Virus record (IMG/VR): IMGVR_UViG_3300025655_000032
Span: 3,244-67,243 of that record
Direction: 5' to 3' (one strand)
Source of the DNA: a virus
DNA: 64,000 nucleotides
Under the pieces are notes generated by a model. It made no database searches, was not told the DNA's origin, and saw only the letters and a program-made list of their open reading frames with translations. The translations under genes and the position numbers were made by a program. Shown here piece after piece: positions 26,797-36,738 of this stretch (positions within the stretch are counted from its first letter, which is position 1; each line of letters opens with the position of its first letter).

Positions 26797-29199
26797 TTAC
26801 GCAGCGCCTTTCTCAAAGTCGATAGGGCAGGCCCCGGAGGCGCAATCCACGTGCTCGCGGTCAACGTCTTCAGCTAGCCCCTGCTGGATACTGGCGGCCA
26901 CAGACTCGTAGCGTGCTTTCGTTACCGGCTCCTCAGGTTGGTACTCATAGGCTGTACCGTCCTCCTGCGGCATGACGGAACAACAGCGGATCTCTGACTG
27001 GTGTTTCTTCAGCATGTCCGCGAAGTGCTTATGATCAACGATACTCGCATTGTACTTCAGCGTATAGCTGATCTGGTTGCCCACATCTTGGCCCGTAAGA
27101 CCTTTGATGAAGTATTTCTCACCTAGCTTGAGCCACTGGTACTGCTCCTCGGGTGTCGCTTCTGCGGCAGTTACCAGCGCATCGCCGAGACCAAGCGTTG
27201 TTAGCGTTGGCTCTGTAGGGAAACCGACAATAGATGTACCCTCGTAAGTACGCAACTTGCGTACAGGGTACCCGTTGGACTCGTACTGTTCGACCAGCGG
27301 ATCGTCGTTACGGAATTGCACCCAACGTAGATAACGCGCCATCGCGGGCAGATGCCATCCTTCGGTCAGCCCGAAGAGTTTGCTAGTCGTACCGGCGGGT
27401 TTGATGGTGAGCATCGTATGCGGAACTTGCACCCCGAGTTTAAGAGCGTATCGAGTTGCCTCGTCGATAACGGCGGCGTTGAAACGGGCAAGGGTGTTCC
27501 AAAACTCTTGGGAGATATCCTCATCGATCAGATCCTTGAAGCCAAGCTTGAAGAACTTCCAGGCAAACTCGTGCACGCCGGTCATACCGATGCCGATGCG
27601 GTTCGTGCGTCGCACTTCGGCGTTGTACACGCTGTCCATAGTGTTGACCCTCATCAACGCGCGGGTGGCGGCACGAAAGGCCTCCTCCGCATCGTCAAGA
27701 GACTGCGCGTGGAAGGGCACAACGTCGGCGATGACACAGAACCCGCCGAGTACATGCAACGCTATTTCACCGCAGGGGTTGGTGATGTAAGGGTACTTCT
27801 TGCGAGAGGCGCGCTTGGCGAGCCGACGCATGTACACCTGCGTGTCGTCTTCAATCTGATACTTCTTGGACCCGAAGTAATCTCCCTTCAGTACATCGTC
27901 CAGACCCTCGTTGTTCTGCACCAGCTTGTCGATATTGATAAGCCCGGGCTCGCCCGTACCGTCACCGTAGGAGTACTCCGAGAGTAACTTGAACACCTTG
28001 CGTGCGTGGCGCGCCAGGTCACTGTCGTAGCCGTGGGCGCCGCGCTTTATGTTGAGGAGCCGCCAGAACTCGGCATCGACGGTCACAGAGTTGTTGGAAG
28101 ACCACAAAAAGGATTGTGGAGGGAAGGTGTGCTCTGCACGAAAGGCGATGACCTCGTCCATCTTAGAGCCTTCGTACTCTATCGGACGCTTCACGCCGAT
28201 GAAGTCCAGCACGGACTTGTCGCGCCAGGTCTTCGTCGCCATGCGCGCCGCACGACGGGCGCCGCCGACGAGCACACACTCTGCGAGGTAGTGGTCGGCG
28301 TACATGGCCTGTAGCCAGACAGGCAGCCCTGCGCCCTTCAAGCTAGCAACTTTCAACAGCGCGTTCATCAGCGGCACGGGACCCGAGCTAGGGCGGTTTT
28401 GCATACCTTTGATCGGGGAGCCACGACCGCGTACGTCGGAGAAATCAAGAATTAGCATATTGCCAGCGTGGATCTTCTCGAAAGCAGCGTTCTCAAAGAT
28501 TTCGACGACCTTTGCCCAGCCTTCACGGGTGTCAGGAACTTTGTACCAGAGTACGTTTCGTCCGTTACCGTATTTATGGCGGGCATCACGTACACTTTCG
28601 TGGGCGCTGTAGTCGAAGTCAGGATGGCTTGAATCCAGGACGCACCTAAGCGTAGGAGCGTTATCCCAATCCACAAGGACCATATCATCGTCATAACTAC
28701 GGCCAACCCCAGAACCGTTGAGCAAAAGATAGAACAGCGCGAAGCTGGCGGCGGCGGTAGCACAGTTTGTGAAAACTTCTTGGTTGCGCTCGGGTTGTGT
28801 GGTGTCGCCATGCTGTAAATGCCTCCCACTCATCAGCAGTGCTGCGTTTGCGATATGCTTGAACAGTACGTTCTGTTCGTATTTTCGTTCTTCCAAATCA
28901 GAGCAGAGCGCGGCGTTGCCAGCCGCAACGCGTCGTGCGACGTCCTCCCAGCGTTCAAAGACGATCTTAGGTGCGCGGTTGCGAATGGGTGCTTCGTCGG
29001 TGATCTCGACGTGCAGGCGGGAGTTGAGCGCGGCGGTGTTCCACTTTTGGTAGAACTCCTTTGGCTCGTGAGGAGAAATACGAAGGGTGTTGGCCTGTAC
29101 GAGCGAAAATTCATCCTGGTGAAGAAAATAGCGCAACACGGTGCGCTCCCCAACGGCTTGACCCATACCTGGGTGTAATGCACGAACTACATTTGCCAT
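26797..29199 (-). CDS. nrdJ: Class II (adenosylcobalamin-dependent) ribonucleotide reductase
   Basis: VFTNC, GSGVG, VLVGGARR, TNPCGEI, TIKPAGTTS, C-terminal CASGACP; no beta-subunit gene seen. Confidence 0.88.
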   Translation of the reverse strand: MANVVRALHPGMGQAVGERTVLRYFLHQDEFSLVQANTLRISPHEPKEFYQKWNTAALNSRLHVEITDEAPIRNRAPKIVFERWEDVARRVAAGNAALCSDLEERKYEQNVLFKHIANAALLMSGRHLQHGDTTQPERNQEVFTNCATAAASFALFYLLLNGSGVGRSYDDDMVLVDWDNAPTLRCVLDSSHPDFDYSAHESVRDARHKYGNGRNVLWYKVPDTREGWAKVVEIFENAAFEKIHAGNMLILDFSDVRGRGSPIKGMQNRPSSGPVPLMNALLKVASLKGAGLPVWLQAMYADHYLAECVLVGGARRAARMATKTWRDKSVLDFIGVKRPIEYEGSKMDEVIAFRAEHTFPPQSFLWSSNNSVTVDAEFWRLLNIKRGAHGYDSDLARHARKVFKLLSEYSYGDGTGEPGLINIDKLVQNNEGLDDVLKGDYFGSKKYQIEDDTQVYMRRLAKRASRKKYPYITNPCGEIALHVLGGFCVIADVVPFHAQSLDDAEEAFRAATRALMRVNTMDSVYNAEVRRTNRIGIGMTGVHEFAWKFFKLGFKDLIDEDISQEFWNTLARFNAAVIDEATRYALKLGVQVPHTMLTIKPAGTTSKLFGLTEGWHLPAMARYLRWVQFRNDDPLVEQYESNGYPVRKLRTYEGTSIVGFPTEPTLTTLGLGDALVTAAEATPEEQYQWLKLGEKYFIKGLTGQDVGNQISYTLKYNASIVDHKHFADMLKKHQSEIRCCSVMPQEDGTAYEYQPEEPVTKARYESVAASIQQGLAEDVDREHVDCASGACPIDFEKGAA

Positions 29200-29216
29200 A
29201 ATCGCTCCTTTGTGAG

Positions 29217-29417
29217 CTAGAGGACGCGCTTGGCGTCTTGATAGAACGAGCGACCCGTCGTAGGGTTAACGCTTATGATCTCACGACGTACACGAGGCAT
29301 GTCACCTGCCACGGAGGCGGGTTTCATAACCTCTCTCGAGATATAAGAGCGCTCGTTGGGATCGATCTCGTGCGCGCGCAAGGCGCGGCGTAAGGCTTTG
29401 GCCTTTTTGCCTCTCAT
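29217..29417 (-). CDS. Small basic hypothetical protein
   Basis: MRGKKAKALRR…; RBS inside a variant hairpin. Confidence 0.65.
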   Translation of the reverse strand: MRGKKAKALRRALRAHEIDPNERSYISREVMKPASVAGDMPRVRREIISVNPTTGRSFYQDAKRVL

Positions 29418-29507
29418 AACGATCTAGTTCCTTTATGAACAGTCGATGGTCAGGCCCGATAATCCACAGATTGATCGGGGGGAACGAAATCTCGGGCCAG
29501 GATATGC

Positions 29508-30368
29508 TCATTGTACCACCGTTTGACGGTACTGTATCCACCCTTTGAAATTCCCTGACCACAACATGCGTTGTCGGTCCATGTGCGTGACACCGCTCTC
29601 CCACTCCTCTGCACCACTCTGATAGAACAGCATCGGTGTGCCCTGGTGCTCGAAGGGGCTGAGATGCTGGGATTCGAGAAGACGTGTGTACAGTTGACAA
29701 TCTTTGTGAATAGCGCGTTCGGACCCGTCATGGGTGTTGTAACTTACACGGGCGCAACCTGCGACCGACGTGCGTAGTGCGGCGTCCCCAGCCGTCGCGG
29801 GGTGCGCATAGGGAGTGTGCCACTCTCCCGGACGTAGCAGTACCGGGTCGCTGTTGTACTGCGCCCGTCGAATCTGCTGCGCCAGTTCACGGATCTCGGG
29901 CTGCGCATCAGGGTGGACGCGTAGCGCAAAGAAGTTGTCCCACTCGGTGGCGGTGACGACAACGTGTATATGTGCCCACGGCTCCATAATACGATTAGCG
30001 AGTTGCTTGTGAAGGTTGCAACCCAGCAGGTATTTCGTATAGTCGCGAGCAGACGACAGTGCGGCGTGCCAGTAGACGATAGCCGAATCTTTGTCCCCAC
30101 CTACTAGCTCTGCACCCGCTTGCATCCCCGGCTTGTTCGAACCCCAAAATACAGGCAGTGCCGGATTATCGTAGATCTCATCAATCAGCCGGTGCACGGG
30201 TATGGCGCGACTACTACTGGCGTTGCGGCTGAACAATCGGTGTGTCATGAACTCCGAGTGGATAAAGCGCGGGTAAGTTAACTCCATCGTGTAAAGGTCA
30301 TGCGCATCGTCAGCAGCCCAGTACGGGCGACTGTGGGCGATGACTTTAGCGCTAATAGTCATTGTCAT
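29508..30368 (-). CDS. thyX: Flavin-dependent thymidylate synthase
   Basis: EFMTHRLFSRNASSSRAIP, HKQLANR, CARVSY, HLSPFEHQ. Confidence 0.9.
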   Translation of the reverse strand: MTMTISAKVIAHSRPYWAADDAHDLYTMELTYPRFIHSEFMTHRLFSRNASSSRAIPVHRLIDEIYDNPALPVFWGSNKPGMQAGAELVGGDKDSAIVYWHAALSSARDYTKYLLGCNLHKQLANRIMEPWAHIHVVVTATEWDNFFALRVHPDAQPEIRELAQQIRRAQYNSDPVLLRPGEWHTPYAHPATAGDAALRTSVAGCARVSYNTHDGSERAIHKDCQLYTRLLESQHLSPFEHQGTPMLFYQSGAEEWESGVTHMDRQRMLWSGNFKGWIQYRQTVVQ

Positions 30369-30534
30369 CCTCTCGAGCTAGGTAGGATACGTCCTCACAC
30401 GGTGACGGGATTTCCCACTCGTAGTTAGCCACATCGCTGGACCAAGTTTTCGAATCGGGGTATGTGGTAACGTCATAAGCCGTGTAAGTCCCTGCTGCCA
30501 GTGCGGCCGCGGCAAGTAGCGCAAGAGGTCCCAT
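30352..30534 (-). CDS. Small secreted or membrane hypothetical protein
   Basis: Hydrophobic N-terminus; tightly packed in operon. Confidence 0.5.
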   Translation of the reverse strand: MGPLALLAAAALAAGTYTAYDVTTYPDSKTWSSDVANYEWEIPSPCEDVSYLAREDDNDY

Positions 30535-31281
30535 TTACGCCGCCTCCAAGTAAGAGCATGCAGCATCCATCACCTTATGCAGTTGTTGTGTGCGACCGGG
30601 CAGTACAGCCAGCCGACCTTTCAGGACCTCAGTGACCGCATTGAACAGCCGCCACACGGTGTACCCCCCATCGGTGAACTCGACGTGCGACGGGCTCTTC
30701 CACTCGTCCCACACCGCGCGGATCTTAGAGGGCGCAATAATGCCCTTGCGGAACAGCTCCATGATGAGGTGGTCGGCGTACTCGCCGTCGTCGATGGTAG
30801 TGCTCTTGTAGGTATCAATCTGCGCCTCTTGATGCTCGCGCATCAGGGGGATGCGGTGCACTGCACGATGTACTACGTCCGGCAGATCACGCTCGATGTA
30901 GCGTGTATGTTTGCGCCCGATCTTGATCTCGCCGCTAAAGGCCAAGTTGTCGCAGACGAACACACCGCTGCCAACGACCATCTGCGCGCTGAAGGCCTTG
31001 TCGTGTGCGTTACGCAGCCCGACGATCGTGCTGAAGTCGGAGTCCTCGTCACTCGCCAGCTGCATGACGCCGAAGTAGTGGTCACCGTCACGCGCAAGGG
31101 CGTGCACTTCGTTGACCACGTTGAGGTCGTTGGCGGCCAACGACTCGTGCACGCGGTCGAGTAGCAGGTCGTGAGGGATGGGGAACCACCGATCTACGGG
31201 CTCCGGTGTGTGGACTGCAGCCAGCGCGTTGCGTGGCACTTGCTTACCGCCGCAGTGCAGTGTGAGATTTAGATTACTCAT
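30535..31281 (-). CDS. DUF932-family protein
   Basis: PIPH…GLRNAHDK…G.GVFVCDNLAFSG…RKHT…WRLFNAVTE. Confidence 0.8.
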   Translation of the reverse strand: MSNLNLTLHCGGKQVPRNALAAVHTPEPVDRWFPIPHDLLLDRVHESLAANDLNVVNEVHALARDGDHYFGVMQLASDEDSDFSTIVGLRNAHDKAFSAQMVVGSGVFVCDNLAFSGEIKIGRKHTRYIERDLPDVVHRAVHRIPLMREHQEAQIDTYKSTTIDDGEYADHLIMELFRKGIIAPSKIRAVWDEWKSPSHVEFTDGGYTVWRLFNAVTEVLKGRLAVLPGRTQQLHKVMDAACSYLEAA

Positions 31282-31654
31282 GCTGTAGACCTCCTTCAAG
31301 GGCCTTCATGTAATGAACGCGGTTCTTCCAAGCGGTCGTAGTGACCTTAATGTGCTCCGCGAGATAGACATCGTGAGGCGAATGCTCTTTCTTCCACACG
31401 TTCTTCGCCTGCACCTCAACGATCACCTTCGGTGCGGTGTTCTTAAAACGGCGCAGGTAGTTGATAGCGGCGTCGAACGACGGTAGAAGGTGAAAACCAG
31501 AGACGTACTCGGTGACGCCTGAGCCGTCGGTGACAAGCTTGAGGTCGGCGTTTACCCACTTGTCAAAAGGCACCTGTTTGGTACCGTTGACCCCGTGGAA
31601 GAGCGTGTGCGGCGCGTTATAGCGCTCGTCGAAGATTTTGAAAAGTAAGGTCAT
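31274..31654 (-). CDS. Hypothetical protein
   Basis: TLFHGVNG…YVSGFH; overlaps both neighbours. Confidence 0.6.
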   Translation of the reverse strand: MTLLFKIFDERYNAPHTLFHGVNGTKQVPFDKWVNADLKLVTDGSGVTEYVSGFHLLPSFDAAINYLRRFKNTAPKVIVEVQAKNVWKKEHSPHDVYLAEHIKVTTTAWKNRVHYMKALEGGLQHE

Positions 31655-32223
31655 ATGAAAGGCTCCACACGATTGGACATGCAGGCCCAAATCAGTAGGT
31701 CGGCATCGGCGAGTGATACACCAGGGAACTCACGTTTTATGTTACGTATTGCAATGCTCTCGATTCTCTCGTAAGGGGCGCCGCGCGGAGGGGTACTACG
31801 CGGTACATCTTCCAAACAAACTTGGGCGAGCCACCGGAGGAGGTGGACATCCAATACGGCGTGCTCCACATCAGGACGTGAATTCAAAATAAAAAAACGT
31901 GCGGTTTTAGGGCCAACACCGTAAATACCCTCTAACTCGTCAACGGACGCGGTACGTAAATTGACGGACGCGGACTGTAGTACCGCTTCACTTATGCGGT
32001 GATATTGACCGGTACGGTTGGCTACCAGCGTATTGCGTAGAGCGGGTCCTTGGGCTGCGAGCCACTGAATAGGGGCGCCCCCTTCCGGCATGCGGGCGAG
32101 CAGTCGTTTCGTTGCTGCGCTTGCCCACTCAGCGTTACGCCCCGCGACGATAATGCAGTACAACCAGAAGTATTCCAGTTCTGTTTGTGTACGGTTGTAT
32201 TTACGAACTTCAAGCGGGGTCAT
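31651..32223 (-). CDS. HhH-GPD DNA glycosylase-like protein (OGG-like)
   Basis: LEGIYGVGPKTARFF…AVLDVHLLRWL…ADLLIW: HhH hairpin with Lys and catalytic-type Asp. Confidence 0.75.
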   Translation of the reverse strand: MTPLEVRKYNRTQTELEYFWLYCIIVAGRNAEWASAATKRLLARMPEGGAPIQWLAAQGPALRNTLVANRTGQYHRISEAVLQSASVNLRTASVDELEGIYGVGPKTARFFILNSRPDVEHAVLDVHLLRWLAQVCLEDVPRSTPPRGAPYERIESIAIRNIKREFPGVSLADADLLIWACMSNRVEPFI

Positions 32224-32870
32224 TACGCGGCCTCCAGGCAGGAGGACCAGTAGCGGGTATCGTTCTGCCCTTGCAGCTGGTCCCAGTAGATATGGCGTGC
32301 CATCGCGGGAGGCACGTCGACCTTGCGCGCCGCACGTACCCATCGGGCTTCGAGCTTCGCGTACTGCTCGGGGCTCATATTCCCGTTCAGTGATAGGTCG
32401 CCCACCATAAACCGCAGAATATGACGATCAAGGCAGCACAGAGGAGCCTCGGGATAGGACAGCTCGAGTGCGAAGGTGGTCTTTGCGAGCCCGAGCCCAA
32501 GCGTGTCGCGCGCGAGACGATCGCGGAGACGCCGCCAGCTTTCGTTTTTGCGCTTGCGGTACCGGTCAGGGGAGGACCAGAAAACTTTACTGAACTGCCA
32601 GATGTAACGGGTTCGGTTGTTGTGAAATCCGACCCCGGAGCGGTGGAGTCGATCTGCGAGTAGCGCTTTGTTGTCGCGCCACGCAAGGTCGTGTAGTGCG
32701 GTGTAGCCATTGACGTTGTTTGTCCAAGTTGTGTGCACGGACAGGAAGGCGAAGAGCCACAGCCGGAAGAGGCTCACATCATCTTCCGGCTGCAGTCCCC
32801 GCCAGTATTCTGTGTACCGTGCCGCCACGGAGGGGTGGATGCTACGCATCCACGTCAGAGGTTGTGCCAT
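32223..32870 (-). CDS. Second HhH-GPD DNA glycosylase-like protein
   Basis: GVGFHNNR…LGLGLAKTTFAL…CCLDRHILR…Y.KLE…HIYW. Confidence 0.75.
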   Translation of the reverse strand: MAQPLTWMRSIHPSVAARYTEYWRGLQPEDDVSLFRLWLFAFLSVHTTWTNNVNGYTALHDLAWRDNKALLADRLHRSGVGFHNNRTRYIWQFSKVFWSSPDRYRKRKNESWRRLRDRLARDTLGLGLAKTTFALELSYPEAPLCCLDRHILRFMVGDLSLNGNMSPEQYAKLEARWVRAARKVDVPPAMARHIYWDQLQGQNDTRYWSSCLEAA

Positions 32871-32896
32871 GAAACGCTCCTTTATGAGCGGTAGCT

Positions 32897-33829
32897 CTAC
32901 AGTGCTAAGGCTTCTGCGGCCAGCAGTTTGTGCTCGTCGATGAAGGCCTGTGCTTCACCAAAGCTGGCGAACACCCTCGCTTCGTCGACATTGTCGGTCC
33001 ATGTGTGAGCGTCAGTTATCCATAACTCGGCATAGCGGTGTTCGACGACATGAGCGACGTCGTCCTCTCCGTCGTAGGCCACTGCGGTGTTCCAATGATC
33101 GGTCTCGGACTGTACGAGGTCGAGGGGGAGCTCTTCGATGACGGTGTACTGCTCCACCCGCATCTTGGAGTTGTGGTAGTCCGTCGGTACGGCCACGACG
33201 TGTGCGGGATTGACCTTCACCGCGACGACTCGCTCGCCCCAGAAGTGCTTTAGGTATTCCAAAGAACACACATGGAAGCCTGCAGAACAGGTGCGAGTGG
33301 GGTCGTCATCCACATCGGTGCGGGGCATCTGCAACGTGCTACCAACCGCGTTATCAAATTTACCCGTGGCGCAGTCGGTCCAATCGTCTCGTATCCGCTT
33401 GTAGGCCATAAAGCAGCCGTCGGGGGTAATTGGCAGCTTGTTAGCCTCGAGAAACCCGTACAGCTGCTCACGAGAGCGGTAGCTCGGGTTGCCCTGCAGG
33501 TTCTCGAGAAAGGCTACCATGGGCTGCACGTTAAAGCCTTGCGAGCGCATGCCCAGAATACGGTCCACCAGGGCGCCGTGCAGTGTGTCGCCGTTATAGA
33601 AGATCGCGCCGTCGCGAACCTCAACACCCTGCTCGGCTGCTGGGGCCAGGTAGGTCTTGACAACTTGCTCCTGGTCGACCAGCTCGGCGGCGCGTGCCCA
33701 ATCTTCCTGGCGTACCGCCTCACGAAGATCGTCCCACGATGCGATATCGCTGGTACAGGTGACGAGCTTGCCCGTGTAGTACATGGAAAAACTGTCGTCG
33801 GTCAAAATATAGAAGGGGGTGTCGCTCAT
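32897..33829 (-). CDS. rIIB-like protein
   Basis: FLENL..NPS…LYGFL…LPITPDGCFMAYK…MPR..VDDDP.RTCSAGFH…VKVNP..VV.VP.DY. Confidence 0.85.
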   Translation of the reverse strand: MSDTPFYILTDDSFSMYYTGKLVTCTSDIASWDDLREAVRQEDWARAAELVDQEQVVKTYLAPAAEQGVEVRDGAIFYNGDTLHGALVDRILGMRSQGFNVQPMVAFLENLQGNPSYRSREQLYGFLEANKLPITPDGCFMAYKRIRDDWTDCATGKFDNAVGSTLQMPRTDVDDDPTRTCSAGFHVCSLEYLKHFWGERVVAVKVNPAHVVAVPTDYHNSKMRVEQYTVIEELPLDLVQSETDHWNTAVAYDGEDDVAHVVEHRYAELWITDAHTWTDNVDEARVFASFGEAQAFIDEHKLLAAEALAL

Positions 33830-35907
33830 TTTTGAGACTCCACAAGCTTTAGGTAATGGAAAAAGGTGTCTGCGTCACAGGAGAAGCTATGTCTCTCTGC
33901 CTCCAACATGTGTGCAAACATGGGGTACTTCTGCTTCGCTAGAGTAAGTAGCGCGAAGAAGGGGTAGTCGTTAGTGTCAGCACGATGCAGCACTTTGAAC
34001 GTCTGTGGGTACTGTCCGAACAAGGTGCGGTACTTCTCGTAGGACCCGCCCGGAAGCGGTAATTCCTTAAACGCCTCATGTACAGCGATGAGCAGCGAAT
34101 CGGGGAAGTGAACCGCAAGTCTCTCGAAAAAGAGGCGGTTCCTTCGAAACGGCGTCTCATAATGCGCAGGGAGAATTTCCGACTGCAGGTGTGCGATTTT
34201 CATTCTCGCGACGAACTTCGGATCGCGATAGGCGTTGTAAATGCGCTTGTACAAAGCAAGCGACAGATGATCGAGTCGCCGCGCGACCGGCTCATCCATG
34301 TGCTTTTCAGCACGGGGTATGCCAATGATTTCCAAATCATCGAGCAAACCTAGTTGGTAGGCCGCGGTATAGGCTTCACACTTAATAGAATCGGAGATGC
34401 CGTAGTTCTCAACATGCACATACGCCGCCTTCGCGGGATTGAGTTCGTTGACATCCGCGACGGTGCGATCACGCCAGTAGTAACGAGAGCGTGCAGTAAC
34501 GCCGAAGACTGAATGCTTCGTAAGCGTTAGTAGCGCCCCGCCAATTTTTCGCCGCGGCTGTGCGCCTTTTTTGCGCTGCGGTTTTGTTGCTATGTAAACA
34601 TCGCTGAAGTTGACCCAGTTGTGGGGACCGCAAATGCGCTCGAGCTTTTGCCGTAATTTGGGGTTACCAACGACGCGGATAGACTTACCTTTCAGCCATT
34701 CTTTGTTATCACGTAGAAACTTACGTATAGGCGGAGAACGTCCTGCAGCCTCGTCCAAGTAAATAAAAAGAGGTGTGCCGGAGATCGCCTCAGCAGAGAA
34801 AACGTTAGGGTAGTGGTAGTTGGGGTTACGCGTCTGCCAGTCTATAGGTACCCCATAGGTTTCGTCGGAGCGGATTTCGCAGGTTGCGTCGTTAATATAA
34901 CGCTCAAAGTCGTTAGTCTTCCAATCGCGGCGCAGTTTGGCGGCCTTTTGTGCGCGACGAAGCAGTGTGGGTTCTGCGCGAATGGCCTGCTCCATCTCTT
35001 GCAGGTAGCTGCCGTGTAGCTCCTTCAACTTGCGAACAAGCACTTCGATGGAGCGTCTGTCGTAGGACAGCGCCTCGCGTGACGCTTGAATGTCGATCTC
35101 GCCGATGTCCACAAAAAGATCAAAGTGGCGAGCCGATGTGCGAAGTACGCCGAGCGTCGAGACCACCTCAGCGGGCAACGCACTCCAGGCTATGGGATAG
35201 GCCAGTGCGCCCATAACGACTTGCGGCCCCCAGTTATCGTCACGCCGGACGCCGAACTTCTCGGTGCGCATGTCGTACTGCGGATGTCGAATAGGGGTGT
35301 CGCACCCGCGCAAAACAAAAGTGTGGCTCTCAAAATACCGCAATGCGTGGGCCGCAGCCTCATTGAACGCCGAGTAATCGCTCCCTTTCACGGGTACAAT
35401 AACTTCCAGGCCGTTAGGATCGTCGGAGTGTACCTCCTCAACGAGCGTAATCTTCGGCATGCCATCCGTATCTTTGAAGATGGTGTACGTACCTCGTGTG
35501 CCGTTGTACCGAGTAATAACGGTGAACGCATCGACGTAGCTGAGTGGCGTCTTACTACCAAGCCCGAGGCCGCCAATCAAATCGTTGGAGTTGTTCTTGT
35601 CCGAGCCGAAAAAGGTGACATACAGCACCAGCATCTGCTCGTGCGAGAGACCGGTACCATAGTCTTTAATACGTAGCTCCGGACGCAATCGGGTTGGCAT
35701 AAAAACGTCGAAAGGAGCGCTATTGCCGGCGGCAATATGCGCATCCAGCGCGTTGGCACACAGCTCACGTATGATGGCGAGCGGTTTATTGGTGTACAGG
35801 TTGCTACTCAAGACCTGGAACGCCTTCGCGTTGGCCTTGATCATGGCGTTGTTGACCTGTCCTGGAATATGTGCGTCCAGGCGGCGGTCCATACTGGCGA
35901 TTCGCAT
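33826..35907 (-). CDS. rIIA-like protein (GHKL ATPase N-terminus)
   Basis: LSSNLYTNK..AIIREL..NA.DAH, DYGTGL, S.K..SND.IGGLGLGSK; paired with rIIB. Confidence 0.88.
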   Translation of the reverse strand: MRIASMDRRLDAHIPGQVNNAMIKANAKAFQVLSSNLYTNKPLAIIRELCANALDAHIAAGNSAPFDVFMPTRLRPELRIKDYGTGLSHEQMLVLYVTFFGSDKNNSNDLIGGLGLGSKTPLSYVDAFTVITRYNGTRGTYTIFKDTDGMPKITLVEEVHSDDPNGLEVIVPVKGSDYSAFNEAAAHALRYFESHTFVLRGCDTPIRHPQYDMRTEKFGVRRDDNWGPQVVMGALAYPIAWSALPAEVVSTLGVLRTSARHFDLFVDIGEIDIQASREALSYDRRSIEVLVRKLKELHGSYLQEMEQAIRAEPTLLRRAQKAAKLRRDWKTNDFERYINDATCEIRSDETYGVPIDWQTRNPNYHYPNVFSAEAISGTPLFIYLDEAAGRSPPIRKFLRDNKEWLKGKSIRVVGNPKLRQKLERICGPHNWVNFSDVYIATKPQRKKGAQPRRKIGGALLTLTKHSVFGVTARSRYYWRDRTVADVNELNPAKAAYVHVENYGISDSIKCEAYTAAYQLGLLDDLEIIGIPRAEKHMDEPVARRLDHLSLALYKRIYNAYRDPKFVARMKIAHLQSEILPAHYETPFRRNRLFFERLAVHFPDSLLIAVHEAFKELPLPGGSYEKYRTLFGQYPQTFKVLHRADTNDYPFFALLTLAKQKYPMFAHMLEAERHSFSCDADTFFHYLKLVESQK

Positions 35908-35980
35908 AGTGCGCTCCTTTGTGAGCTAGGAGGGGCGATACAACTCCTTGCTATACAAGTGTATCGCCCGAGGAATCGTA

Positions 35981-36232
35981 TCAGTGAAAATCAGGGACGC
36001 TGATCATCTCTCGTAAAGTGCTTAGAAATGCCTGCGTGTTGTACTCGCGGACACCGTCATCAATCTGTGTACCAAGTACCCACTGGCACATGATAAGTAG
36101 CACAGAAGCGGCGTCGGGGACGTGAGGATATGTCTCAACAAGTTGTTCTAGTAGAGAACTCGCTACTTGGTAGTGTTGGTCGCCGACGGTAACTTTTACG
36201 AGTTCATTTTCATCGTTTGACGTGTCAGCCAT
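35981..36232 (-). CDS. Hypothetical protein
   Basis: GGAGG RBS before MADTSND…. Confidence 0.55.
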   Translation of the reverse strand: MADTSNDENELVKVTVGDQHYQVASSLLEQLVETYPHVPDAASVLLIMCQWVLGTQIDDGVREYNTQAFLSTLREMISVPDFH

Positions 36233-36609
36233 TGCGCGACCTCCTTGGGCGGCAGTAAATTGCCCGAGACTACCGGCTGTGGCACCGACCAGCTGAGACC
36301 GGGAAGTATGATACCCCCGTCGGGAGTACCCACTACGACAGCAACGCGCCTGCCGTTGGCGTGTGAACGCCTCAGCCACTGCTGTTGGAGATAACTCAGG
36401 CACGGTTTGCTCTTGGTATCGCACAAGTTAATCGTGTCAGGTGTCTTGGGATACCACTTGTACTCAACCCACAGCGCGGCGCGGTCACCTTCGTAATACA
36501 TATCCGGTGTGCCGCCCCGGTAAGGGTTGTTAGTCTTCTCCGCGTACACGCCCGCGTGAAGCACGCGCTTCACACGAGCGATGTAGGCGTTTTCAGGCTT
36601 TACCGCCAT
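36196..36609 (-). CDS. VRR-NUC / Holliday-junction resolvase-like PD-(D/E)XK nuclease
   Basis: GTPD…WVEYK…LS.LQQQWL. Confidence 0.75.
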   Translation of the reverse strand: MAVKPENAYIARVKRVLHAGVYAEKTNNPYRGGTPDMYYEGDRAALWVEYKWYPKTPDTINLCDTKSKPCLSYLQQQWLRRSHANGRRVAVVVGTPDGGIILPGLSWSVPQPVVSGNLLPPKEVAQWLTRQTMKMNS

Positions 36610-36738
36610 CGAGATCTTTCTTTACACGGTCCAGCTCACGCTTTACAACATGCTGCTCACGAAGCAGCGCCTCCCACTCCTTACGAAGTTCGCGCGCCTC
36701 ACGACGAAGGTTACGATTGCGACCTGTCGAGGAAGACA

